Below the pieces are notes generated by a model. The model saw only the letters and a list, made by a program, of their open reading frames with translations. It did not search any database and was not told where the DNA came from. DNA of 64,000 nt from Vicinamibacterales bacterium (GTDB taxonomy: Bacteria; Acidobacteriota; Vicinamibacteria; Vicinamibacterales; UBA8438), in the NCBI GenBank assembly GCA_965249105.1, contig OZ252219.1:192190-256189 (forward strand). The letters are read 5' to 3'. Each line of letters begins with the position of its first letter. The first letter of the stretch is position 1. Below, one piece after another: positions 17,515 to 26,356 of the stretch. A program made the translations under genes and the position numbers.

Positions 17515-18321
17515 TCAGCGTTCAGCCACGACGTACACCAGCCAGCCCGGGCAGTTCTCGGCCCGTGTGGCCTTCCGGTAGTTGCTGACCGCCTCGCTCT
17601 CCTCGACATCCCAGAGTACGTCGATATTCCGGAATCCGGCCACCGATAGTGCGTCACGCACCTCGGCGGGCGAGTAGACCCGCCAGTCGTAGGTGAACGC
17701 CCGCTTCATCTTCTTTCCGCCCTTGAACTCGAAGTGGATGTAGCACAAGGCACGGTTGTCGATAGGGTTGAAGTCGGCCTGCTCCCAGACGTATCCGAAG
17801 GTGCCCGCGGGGCTCTTGATCGTCCGACGCTCGCTCAGTTGCTGCTGGCTGTCCCAACCGCCGTAGCCATCGACCATGAAGATGCCGCCCGGTGCGAGGC
17901 TCCGTCGCACGCATCGAAAATAGGCGATGAGCTCGGCCACCGGAAAGAAGAGATACGAGGAGAAGTTGAACGCCTGAATAACGTCGGCCCGCGGCGTGGT
18001 CGTCGTCCTCACGTCCTGCCGCCTGAGGTCGACTCGGTCGGCCGCCTCGCCCAGCGGGGTCACGTTGTGCTTCCGGCCCCAGGCCAGGGTCGAAGCGTCC
18101 AGGTCCAGCCCGATGGCCCGTGCCTTCGGGTGTGAGTTGACCCAGTGGCAGGCATTGGCGGCGGTGCCACAGAAGTCCTCTCGAAGAACGAGGGGGCGCT
18201 TGCCTCTGCGTCTCTTGTACTGGCGCACCGCGAGGTCGAGCTCGAACGATGGTTCTTGAACGGCACGCTCGTAGAGGACGTGCTTGTTCGCCCCCTTTCG
18301 TGACAGTGTGTACTTGGGCAT
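17515..18321 (-). CDS. Class I SAM-dependent methyltransferase
   Basis: 268 aa. ..PLVLREDFCGTAANACHW..AIGLDLD.. (motif I / acidic loop) and ..LAPGGIFMVD.. (motif IV-like). Confidence 0.75.
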   Translation of the reverse strand: MPKYTLSRKGANKHVLYERAVQEPSFELDLAVRQYKRRRGKRPLVLREDFCGTAANACHWVNSHPKARAIGLDLDASTLAWGRKHNVTPLGEAADRVDLRRQDVRTTTTPRADVIQAFNFSSYLFFPVAELIAYFRCVRRSLAPGGIFMVDGYGGWDSQQQLSERRTIKSPAGTFGYVWEQADFNPIDNRALCYIHFEFKGGKKMKRAFTYDWRVYSPAEVRDALSVAGFRNIDVLWDVEESEAVSNYRKATRAENCPGWLVYVVAER

Positions 18322-18369
18322 CGAGCAAGAGGATATGCCGAGGCGGTCTACGAGTGCGACACGAGCCGC

Positions 18370-18693
18370 CTATTCGGAGAGCATGTGGTCGAGGCGGGCG
18401 AGGGTGTCTGCCTTGCGCTGTCGGAAGGGGCCCGACGAGGTGTAGGTGGCCTCGAGCACTGCGACCGTCGCTTTGCGCGCGCTGATCAAGATGCCCAGCA
18501 GTGTGAAGACCGTCACCGAGACTACCGTCGCTATCCAGAACTGTTCGGCTGAGACCGGGACCGGTACCCCCCAGAGACTGTCGGCGACGAGGGGGATGCC
18601 CCAACGCTGGACCGTGATGGCAGACAGGTCCCGCGTGCCTTCGGCCAGCCAAGCCGTTAGCGAGAAAAGCTCGGCGCGGAAGTCGATGACCAC
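18370..18693 (-). CDS. Small hypothetical membrane protein
   Basis: 107-aa ORF from GTG 18693. The hydrophobic sequence continues upstream to an in-frame TAG (18748-18750) and an in-frame ATG at 18801. Confidence 0.4.
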   Translation of the reverse strand: MVIDFRAELFSLTAWLAEGTRDLSAITVQRWGIPLVADSLWGVPVPVSAEQFWIATVVSVTVFTLLGILISARKATVAVLEATYTSSGPFRQRKADTLARLDHMLSE

Positions 18694-18905
18694 GACCGTG
18701 ATCAGGGCGCCTTCGCCCAGACAGAACAGAATGGTGACCAGCGAGAGCTAGAGCGGTTCGCGGGGGTCGAGGCGGGGAGTTCCAGGGGCTTTCGTGGTCA
18801 TCTCAGAGGAGCTATCGGACTGAGAGGCCGGCGGGAATAGCGCGCGCCCGCCCCCGGGCACCATCCGGCCGCCGCGCCGTCGTTGGTCTCCTCCGGTCCT
18901 AGACC

Positions 18906-19208
18906 CTATGTTCGGTCCTGGGAATACCCACAGCTTGTGCAGCGCCAGATTTCCTTTTCCGACATGACGCGGAGTGCACCCATGACCAGGAGTGGCGTAC
19001 AGGCGACCAAGAGAACCGGGACCGCGATCAGTGCCCAGCTGAGGTCAACGCCGGCGTCACGCATCAGAGGCAGGCCAAGGCCCATCGCGCCCCCCAGTAT
19101 GAGTACTGTGCCAATCGCCGCAGTCGGGAGGAACGGACGAAGTTTGGCTGGGATCTGTGGCGCCTGCGTGGCTTCCAAGGCGCCTTCGTTGCAGTGACTA
19201 CACGTCAT
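18906..19208 (-). CDS. Small membrane protein with a zinc ribbon split between its two termini
   Basis: 100 aa: MTCSHCNEG.. at the N-terminus, two TM helices, then ..RCTSCGYSQDRT. One CxxC pair sits at each end. Confidence 0.55.
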   Translation of the reverse strand: MTCSHCNEGALEATQAPQIPAKLRPFLPTAAIGTVLILGGAMGLGLPLMRDAGVDLSWALIAVPVLLVACTPLLVMGALRVMSEKEIWRCTSCGYSQDRT

Positions 19209-19209
19209 T

Positions 19210-19245
19210 GGTTACACCGCGGGTTACCCCCCGGGTTACACCTCG
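19210..19245. repeat. Three tandem 12-bp GGTTAC-containing repeats
   Basis: GGTTACACCGCG / GGTTACCCCCCG / GGTTACACCTCG. They begin 2 nt upstream of the ATG at 19208 of the minus-strand gene. Confidence 0.75.
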
Positions 19246-19434
19246 CGATGTTCTATGGGAGGCTGGTGCAAGAAGGATGCGGAGCGACAGGATGTGCAAG
19301 CACATGCTGAAGCGTCCTGGAGTCGCCCTAATGCGGGTCTTCGGTCGCGGTGCGAAGGGTCTACGGAGAACGAAGTCGCTGTCGCCGGATAGCGAAAGGT
19401 CCGAAAGTCACTGCAGGGCGCACAGGAGATTCCG

Positions 19435-19896
19435 ATGGAAAAGTGGAAAGTAGGCGGCGTTAGGTCCCCTCACGACGAAACCCAGCTCCTTGGAGCACTG
19501 CGACTTCTTACCCGGGCATCAACTTCCGTGCGTGAATCCCGAACCCAACTCGACCGCCTGTATGGCAGGTTGTCTGAACTACTGAGGTCTGGGCGCAGCT
19601 TCCCTCAGACTGAACTCTCACCATCTCATTCGGCGGAGGAACTGCGCGCCGAGATCAGTGCGCTGGGTGCCGAGGCAGATGCTGTGCTCAACAAAGTGGC
19701 AACCCATCTCGTTGACGTCGCGGACGCCATGTCGGGCGCATCGTCGGTGGCGCACCAGTCTCCGGGCCAGGCCACCGAGTCACCCGAAGCGGGATTCAGA
19801 TCGAGTGTTCGCAAACCGACCCCGCCGCGTTTCCCGAGAGCCACAGACACGCCGGACCAGATTACGCGCCTGGACGACGCGCGGTATCGAGAATAG
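19435..19896 (+). CDS. Hypothetical protein
   Basis: 153-aa ORF in a locally lower-GC patch. It has coiled-coil-like helices and no recognisable motif. Confidence 0.4.
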   Translation: MEKWKVGGVRSPHDETQLLGALRLLTRASTSVRESRTQLDRLYGRLSELLRSGRSFPQTELSPSHSAEELRAEISALGAEADAVLNKVATHLVDVADAMSGASSVAHQSPGQATESPEAGFRSSVRKPTPPRFPRATDTPDQITRLDDARYRE

Positions 19897-19927
19897 CGCC
19901 GCCGGCCACGGCCCGGATGCTCCGGGG

Positions 19928-20332
19928 TTACCGGCCCTCGTACGGGGCGCCGGTGCCGGATGACCCGACAAAGAACTTGGACCCGTCCGGGAGCGTGACG
20001 TCGCGGGCATTCGCCCGATTCGACCCGTCCTTCGCGCGGAACCCGTCGATCACCAGCTCCGTTCCGACCGGAATGGAGTTCTTGTTCAGACCTCGACGCA
20101 TCAGTGCGTTCGGAGCCCCGCACTCGATCTCCCAGGCCATCCGCTGACCATCCTCACTTTCGACCTCGATGTGGATCCACGAGTGCGGGTTGATCCACTC
20201 GGTCTTGACGACGTGGCCCTGAAGCGTGAGTGGCTGGTCGGCGTCGAACTCCGCCGAAAATGCATGGTGCGCCCGCACGGGTCCGTTCACCAGCAAGAGA
20301 CCGATCGTGGCCAGAAGGAGCGTCGTTCGCAT
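19928..20332 (-). CDS. DUF6152-like secreted protein
   Basis: Start ATG 20332: MRTTLLLATIGLLLVNGPVRA-HHAFSAEFD..LQGHVVKTEWINPHSWIHIE... The HH..F..EFD motif directly after the signal peptide fits my recollection of that family. Confidence 0.65.
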   Translation of the reverse strand: MRTTLLLATIGLLLVNGPVRAHHAFSAEFDADQPLTLQGHVVKTEWINPHSWIHIEVESEDGQRMAWEIECGAPNALMRRGLNKNSIPVGTELVIDGFRAKDGSNRANARDVTLPDGSKFFVGSSGTGAPYEGR

Positions 20333-20337
20333 GTGAG

Positions 20338-21315
20338 TCACCTTGTTGAAAGCACCCGTACTGAGTCGATATCGGCGCCGGTCATGAGCGAGAGGCCTCT
20401 TCCGTTCCCCTCGTGACACGCATACTCGAACAACATGTGGTCTTCCGGCGCGCGGCGGAGGCCGACGAAGTCGACGGTCCACGGCTGCGTGAAGACCTTG
20501 GGATCCTCGATCGTCGCCCGATAGTGAATCGTGTTCTCGTCGACCATCGTGAAGCGCTCGACGACGTGAAGCTCACCACTGTGGAACACGCCGTGCCCGG
20601 TCGTGAGGGCGCTCGCGGGCGCGCCCTCCGGAGGGGCACCGTGCCCGACCGGCCAGGTATTGTCCGTGAAGTTCGTCACGTCGACGACAAGGGTGTTCCC
20701 TTCCCAGTGCCCGCGCGAGTCACCCATCCCAAGACTGATCTCGGAGTTCACGTGGGGTCGTCCATCGAGCGGGATGTAGCGATACAGGTGGTTCCACTCG
20801 TAGAGCACCAGAACGTATCCAGGCAGCTGCAGAATCTGATACGAGTTGTATCCGACTGGTAGGTGCGCTCGTGGCAGCGCCGACGGCAGACACTTCACGC
20901 GCGGGTCAAGCAGGTCCAGCTCGTCCTGGCGAGCCATGATGTCGGCCCGCCGCTCGGCGGCCCAAGGTCGTAGGGGAATCTTCCCATCCGGGGGGTCGAC
21001 GACCATCGGTATCGTAATCCGCTCGGGACGCGGTGGAGCGTCGGGGTCGGGTTCAAAGAACCGAGAGAACGCGGCATTGTTGCCCCCATGCGTGCCCGGC
21101 GGTGGCTGCCAGCGCGCACCTGCGGGCGTCTCCATCGGCTGACCCGGGCCCGAAAGATAGCGCCCCCCGAAGTCTGGGTCGCCCCACGCCGTCCGCGGGG
21201 GCTCGAACGGCTCCGTCTGCCCGCCCTGACCACCCTGCGCGGCGGCGGGAAACACCGATGTGATGAGCAACGCCGTTGTGATGACGGCGATGCGATTGAG
21301 CGATCGGGTTCTCAC
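20338..21315 (-). CDS. Secreted hypothetical protein, paralogue A
   Basis: GTG 21315 overlaps the upstream stop (GTGA). Signal peptide ..IAVITTALLITSVFPAAAQ. It shares ..GDSRGHWEGNTLVVDVTNFTDNTW.. and ..HVVERFTMVDENTIHYRATIEDPKVFTQPWTV.. with the next gene. Confidence 0.65.
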   Translation of the reverse strand: MRTRSLNRIAVITTALLITSVFPAAAQGGQGGQTEPFEPPRTAWGDPDFGGRYLSGPGQPMETPAGARWQPPPGTHGGNNAAFSRFFEPDPDAPPRPERITIPMVVDPPDGKIPLRPWAAERRADIMARQDELDLLDPRVKCLPSALPRAHLPVGYNSYQILQLPGYVLVLYEWNHLYRYIPLDGRPHVNSEISLGMGDSRGHWEGNTLVVDVTNFTDNTWPVGHGAPPEGAPASALTTGHGVFHSGELHVVERFTMVDENTIHYRATIEDPKVFTQPWTVDFVGLRRAPEDHMLFEYACHEGNGRGLSLMTGADIDSVRVLSTR

Positions 21316-22100
21316 TGCGAACCTCCTTCCTCGGCCGTGACCGACTGCAAGACGAAGTCGACGCAGTCGTAATCCAAGAGCTGCAGCCCTTCCTCCATCC
21401 GCCGATACAGCGGCATCCGCATCGTCCATGGGCGGGTGAACACCGTGTCGTCCTCGACCCTTACTTGGTAGTCGATGTGAAAGGGACTCGTTGGGGTGTA
21501 CCGCTCGACGACGTGGAGCGCGTCGCTGTGGAAGTTTCCCGCGGCGTCAAACCACGTCTGACCGTTGAAGTGTGTCGTGTCGACGACCAAAGTATCACCT
21601 TCCCACTGACCGCGCGAGTCGCCCATCCAGAAATCATTCGGCAGCGGATGAGGGCTGCCGTCGGTGTAGATGATGCGAACGGTGTGCGCGAACTCGTAGG
21701 TCATCACGACGTGGTCGGCCGTCTGCATGAGTCGGAAGGGGAAGGGCATGTAGGTAATGCGGGGGACGCCCGGGAGGAAACACCTGCGTGCCGGATCCTC
21801 ATTCATCCGGTTCGTGTAGTTCTCCCGCTGCTGCACCGCCGCCCAGGGCTGGTAGGGGATCTCACCTCCCTCGACCACGCCGAGCCCGGCGGGGACGCCG
21901 TCCTGGGCATTGTGCGCCCGGATATCCCATGCAGCCGTGCCCAAGACCTGCCAAATGCCGTTGAGGTCGGGTTTTCCGTCCGGGGTCCGCGGGCCGTCGT
22001 AGCCGGAGGCCTGGATACCGGTGGTCTGGGCAGTCAGCGACTCTGCGACGCCGAGCACCACGGTACCGAGCACAGCCGCGATCGCGCAGAATCGCTTCAC
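21312..22100 (-). CDS. Secreted hypothetical protein, paralogue B
   Basis: GTG 22100 (VKRFCAIAAVLGTVVLGVAESLTAQ). ..GDSRGQWEGDTLVVDTTHFNGQTWFD..HVVERYTPTSPFHIDYQVRVEDDTVFTRPWTM... Confidence 0.65.
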   Translation of the reverse strand: MKRFCAIAAVLGTVVLGVAESLTAQTTGIQASGYDGPRTPDGKPDLNGIWQVLGTAAWDIRAHNAQDGVPAGLGVVEGGEIPYQPWAAVQQRENYTNRMNEDPARRCFLPGVPRITYMPFPFRLMQTADHVVMTYEFAHTVRIIYTDGSPHPLPNDFWMGDSRGQWEGDTLVVDTTHFNGQTWFDAAGNFHSDALHVVERYTPTSPFHIDYQVRVEDDTVFTRPWTMRMPLYRRMEEGLQLLDYDCVDFVLQSVTAEEGGSQ

Positions 22101-22426
22101 CGGACGCGACCTCCTGGAATCATGGCCGGATGATACCACCTGAGAAGACTGGGTCGCTTCTCGTGGTTGCAGGGAGGCTCCCTTGCTGTCCATGCACACT
22201 CGGGTCGCTGGGGTCTTTCTGCTGGATGATCACTACGACCGGATGCTCGCCACCCACAAGAAAGTCAGTGTCTCACCGAAGTGTCCTAATCGTCCGCCGT
22301 TTCCCCAGACACTCGGGACTACTGATCGGCCGCTCGTTACCAATCGGTCCCGCACCTGCGTCCACCGTACGCAGCAAAGGCGACCCCGAGAGGTCGCCCT
22401 TGAATCACTCTGGAATGCCGTGGTGA

Positions 22427-23145
22427 CTATCTCTGTCGCCGCCGTCGCATCCCTACCGCCACCAACCCCGCGCCGAGCAAGAGCAGTGTGGATGGTTCGG
22501 GAACAGCCTGAGCCGTGAACAACCAATCGGATGACTTGTGATGCACGTCGGTGTACGCGTCCTCGAAGTTGTGGTTCACCCACCCCCAGCCGCTGAGCCC
22601 AGGGGAGCCACGATGCCCCAACCCCGTGTCCGTATCCCCGAACCGGAACGTGTAGTCGTGTTTTCCCGAATAGTCGAATAGATAGAACTCTGTGGGGTTC
22701 AAGACTCTCGTGATCGTGCCCGTGTTGTTGGCCGTCATGTAGGAGCCCAGCGGCACATGGACGTCCTGAAACCGCCGCCGTCTCCAGCCACCGGGACCAC
22801 GCCGTTGCTGTAGGTGAAATCGATATCCCAGAAGCCAGCGTTCACGTAGGCATTGCCGGTGTCTTCACCGCCCCACGCCCTCCCGTGGATGTGAATACTT
22901 CCGGGTGAATAGTCGAGCAGCATACCGGCCCCGGGCGCCTCGAAATCGAACGTATAGATGACCTCGTCGTCCCAATTCAACAGGCCGTCCAGACGCAGGC
23001 CGTAGAACGGGGATGCTGCGTTGCCGTCGGGATGATTCGACAGAGCGTACCGACCGTAGGCGACGGGGTCCGCCAGAGAAAGACCCGGCAAGAACAAGGT
23101 CAGCATGAGCGCGACAGGAATACACACTCGGAGGTTCTTCAACAT
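22427..23145 (-). pseudogene. PEP-CTERM protein split by a frameshift
   Basis: ORF 23145-22735 (signal peptide MLKNLRVCIPVALMLTLFLPGLSLA) and ORF 22756-22427 overlap in different frames. The second ends ..VPEPSTLLLLGAGLVAVGMRRRRQR, a PEP-CTERM sorting signal. The junction lies in the GGCGGCGG run at about 22771-22780. Confidence 0.7.
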
Positions 23146-23329
23146 GGTCAGATCAGGTTGCAAGACCGCGGCCCAATGAAGCGGTGAACAGAACCGTGCA
23201 GCTATTTCAATCCTGTAAGCGCCCGTCACCCGACCAGTAGTCTTTCGTTCGCCGTGTCGCTGCATGGCAGACTTCTTCGGAGGTATGAACTGTCAGGTTG
23301 GCGGGTCGCGTCACGCCGCTCGTCGTGCG

Positions 23330-24685
23330 TCAGCGTAGGTAGCCCAGCGAGCGAAGCTGCTTCAGCGTGTCAGGGTCGATGGCCTCAAGTTCAGCGCCGT
23401 CCTGGCTCGCCGCCTCGACTACTGACGCGAGGGTCCGTCGCATCTGCTCCTGCCGGTCTGGGGCCGGTAGGGACTGCGTCGTCTCGATTTGCCCATCATG
23501 ATCGATGTCGTAAAACGCCTCGCGCCCGTTGGCGAGATCAACGATCAGCTTCCACTTGTCCAGGATGACCGCCTTTTGCTCACCTAGTTCGGAGACGATA
23601 GGCCTATCGTCGGTCGTCCCGTCTGGTCGTTCTGACCGCCATTGGCTGTGACCCTGAAGACCTGGGTCTGGCGGGATTCGTAGCGCTTCCAGCAGCGTCG
23701 GCAGCAGATCGAGCGCCGGCAGGTAGCGGTCGACCTCTTGCGCCTGAAACACGCCCGGGCCCCACAGGATGGCGAAGCTGTTCGTCAGCTCGTTGTGCAA
23801 GGTCGTGCCATGACCGAGACCGCCATGCTCGTAGAACTCGTCCCCGTGATCAGAAGTTACGACCAGTGCTGTTCGGTCGGTGAGATTGTGTCGAACCACG
23901 AACCCCATGAGGTCCGAAAGGAGCTCATCGACATGGGCGATCCTCTCGTCGTAGAGCGCCTTTGTGAATTCCAGATCGTCAGCCGCGAGGTCGGGAACGA
24001 GTCCGTCTCGGTATACGTAGCTGCCCTGCTCCGGACGGAAGAGCCGAGGGACATTCTCGGTGGGGCCGTACGGGTGATGGACGTCCATGAAATGAAGATA
24101 GAGAAAGACCTTTCGTGTGTCCCGAGCACTGATGGATTGCTTCGCTCTCTCGATGAGGTCTCGACCATCACATCCGGGCCTCCGGTGCGAGAAACAGGGG
24201 ATCAGAACGTACTCCTCGAAACCCTGGTCAAACCCTAGGTCTGCCCTGAGCCAGGGGTTCGTCACGTAGCCAATCGTGTAAAACCCGTCGTCCCGAAAAT
24301 GCTCGGCCATCGTCCGCAGCTCACTCCGAAGGACCGGAGCCTTGGGCGCGGAAGAGCCAAAATTCTGCCCCCTGGCGTAGAACTGAATGCCATGAACGGA
24401 AGGGAGGCTGGAGGTAATGATGGAGGAGATTGAGGGGACTGTCTGGGACGCGTGCACGACCATGTTGCTCAGAAAGAGACTCTGGCTGGAAAGCCGGTCG
24501 AGAAACGGGCTCGTGTTTCTTTCGTAGCCGAAGACGCTGAGATGGTCTCGCCGCAACGTATCCACTACCACGAACACCACAAGTTCTGTCGTCGGTTCAG
24601 TCGGTTGCCGAGCACACGCGAGGTGAGACGCGGCCGAGGCGCACAGGACTAACACGAGAGCCGTGATACCGAGCCGGTGATTCAC
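23330..24685 (-). CDS. Sulfatase-like hydrolase/transferase (alkaline-phosphatase superfamily)
   Basis: 451 aa. Signal peptide, then ..VFVVVDTLRRDHLSVFGYERNTSPFLDRL.. and ..LVVTSDHGDEFYEHGGLGHG... I did not see a clear C/S-x-P-x-R FGly motif. Confidence 0.8.
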   Translation of the reverse strand: MNHRLGITALVLVLCASAASHLACARQPTEPTTELVVFVVVDTLRRDHLSVFGYERNTSPFLDRLSSQSLFLSNMVVHASQTVPSISSIITSSLPSVHGIQFYARGQNFGSSAPKAPVLRSELRTMAEHFRDDGFYTIGYVTNPWLRADLGFDQGFEEYVLIPCFSHRRPGCDGRDLIERAKQSISARDTRKVFLYLHFMDVHHPYGPTENVPRLFRPEQGSYVYRDGLVPDLAADDLEFTKALYDERIAHVDELLSDLMGFVVRHNLTDRTALVVTSDHGDEFYEHGGLGHGTTLHNELTNSFAILWGPGVFQAQEVDRYLPALDLLPTLLEALRIPPDPGLQGHSQWRSERPDGTTDDRPIVSELGEQKAVILDKWKLIVDLANGREAFYDIDHDGQIETTQSLPAPDRQEQMRRTLASVVEAASQDGAELEAIDPDTLKQLRSLGYLR

Positions 24686-24732
24686 TGAAGTCGGCGCCCT
24701 CTCATGCAGAGGTCCTTCGTCCTAGAAAGAAA

Positions 24733-24779
24733 TGGTGAGCCGCCGGGGACTCGAACCCCAAACCCGCAGATTAAGAGTC
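24733..24779 (-). repeat. Copy A of the tRNA-Lys(CTT) 3' end (47 nt, exact)
   Basis: GACTCTTAATCTGCGGGTTTGGGGTTCGAGTCCCCGGCGGCTCACCA is identical to the 3' 47 nt of the intact gene at 54331-54406, in the same orientation. There is no D-arm or 5' acceptor strand. Confidence 0.85.
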
Positions 24780-24877
24780 GCCAACGGAATCGCAAACAGC
24801 TCAATATTCTAAGCGTTTTCGATCATCAGTGTTGCAGAACGTGGCAGAGCGAGGCACCTCGACGCAACCTGGGTAGA

Positions 24878-26314
24878 TTCAAACGGTCGTCGCAACACCT
24901 CAACGGTGAGGAGTTGCGATGGGAACACCGAAACGTCGTCGGTCACCCCGTGCGGGACGTCTTCCGATGCGGTCGCCGGGTCGTCCCACGGCGGGACGCC
25001 GTGAGCATCGGCGTCGGTTCTGGGAGGCGATCGCCTGCGGGTTGTCCAGCGAAGAGGCGGCGCTGGGGGCCGGCGTGTCCCAGCCGGTCGGAACGAGATG
25101 GTTCCGCGAAAGTGGAGGCATGCCGCCGATCAGCCTGGCCCTTCTGTCGGGGCGCTACCTGTCGTTTGCCGAGCGAGACGAGATCGCCATCTTGCACGCC
25201 CAGCACTGCGGGGTTCGTGATATCGCTCGGCGAATCAGCCGGTCCCCGTCGACCATCTCTCGGGAGCTCCGTCGCAATGCGGCAACCCGCAGTGGCGGAC
25301 TCGAGTATCGCGCGACGACCGCGCAGTGGCACGCCGACCTGAAGGCGAAAAGACCGCAGGTGGCGAAGCTCGCTGCACACGACGAACTGCGCCGGTACGT
25401 GCAAGACCGACTCGCCGGCAGGATTACGGCCGCCGACGGGACGAGGGTGCCTGGTCCCCATGTGCACTGGAACGGTCGCCGCCACGGGCGCCGTCAAGAC
25501 CGACGCTGGGCGGCGTCATGGAGTCCTGAGCAAATTGCCAACAGACTCAAGGTCGACTTCCCCGATGAGGAGTCGATGCGGATCTCCCACGAGGCCATCT
25601 ACCAGGCGCTCTACGTGCAGGGACGAGGGGCACTGCGACGCGACCTGGTGGCGTGCTTGCGGACCGGCCGGGCGCTGCGCGTGCCAAGAGCACGGACACG
25701 AGGACGCGGCAAGGCGTTCGTCACTGCCGAAATCATGATCAGCAAGCGCCCCGCCGAAGCAGACGATCGGGCGGTCCCAGGACACTGGGAAGGTGACCTG
25801 ATTGTCGGACTGGGGAGCTCTGCGATTGGGACCCTCGTGGAACGCACCAGCCGATTCACGAGGCTGCTGCATCTGCCTCGCATGGATGACTATGGGCAGC
25901 CTCGGATCAAGAACGGTCCCGCCCTGGCGGGGCATGGTGCCGAGGCCGTCCGAGACGCCATCGCGTCGTCGATCATCACGCTGCCCACGCAGCTTCGCCG
26001 TTCACTGACATGGGACCAAGGCGCCGAGATGGCTCAACACGTTCAACTCCGAATCGACACCGGTCTGCCAATCTACTTCTGCGACCCACACAGCCCCTGG
26101 CAACGCGGCACGAACGAGAACACCAACGGCCTGCTGCGGCAGTACTTTCCCAAAGGCACCGACCTGTCCAGACACTCTCGTGATGATCTTGACGCCGTTG
26201 CTGCTGCTCTCAACAGTCGCCCCCGCAAGACCCTCGGCTGGAAGACACCCGCGGAGGCACTTGGCGATCACCTATGCTCAATCACACAACGCGGTGTTGC
26301 GACGACACCTTGAA
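24878..26314 (+). mobile_element. IS30-family insertion sequence (~1.44 kb)
   Basis: Imperfect terminal inverted repeats TTCAAACGGTCGTCGCAACACC (24878-24899) and GGTGTTGCGACGACACCTTGAA (26293-26314), 19/22 complementary, enclose the transposase ORF. Confidence 0.8.
24919..26313 (+). CDS. IS30-family transposase
   Basis: 464 aa. ..PGHWEGDLIVG.. and ..PIYFCDPHSPWQRGTNENTNGLLRQYFPKGTDL.. are hallmark IS30 DDE-region motifs. Confidence 0.9.
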   Translation: MGTPKRRRSPRAGRLPMRSPGRPTAGRREHRRRFWEAIACGLSSEEAALGAGVSQPVGTRWFRESGGMPPISLALLSGRYLSFAERDEIAILHAQHCGVRDIARRISRSPSTISRELRRNAATRSGGLEYRATTAQWHADLKAKRPQVAKLAAHDELRRYVQDRLAGRITAADGTRVPGPHVHWNGRRHGRRQDRRWAASWSPEQIANRLKVDFPDEESMRISHEAIYQALYVQGRGALRRDLVACLRTGRALRVPRARTRGRGKAFVTAEIMISKRPAEADDRAVPGHWEGDLIVGLGSSAIGTLVERTSRFTRLLHLPRMDDYGQPRIKNGPALAGHGAEAVRDAIASSIITLPTQLRRSLTWDQGAEMAQHVQLRIDTGLPIYFCDPHSPWQRGTNENTNGLLRQYFPKGTDLSRHSRDDLDAVAAALNSRPRKTLGWKTPAEALGDHLCSITQRGVATTP

Positions 26315-26356
26315 CCCAAGCTGTGCGCAACCGCCAATTTGATGCCTGGGGTCCAC

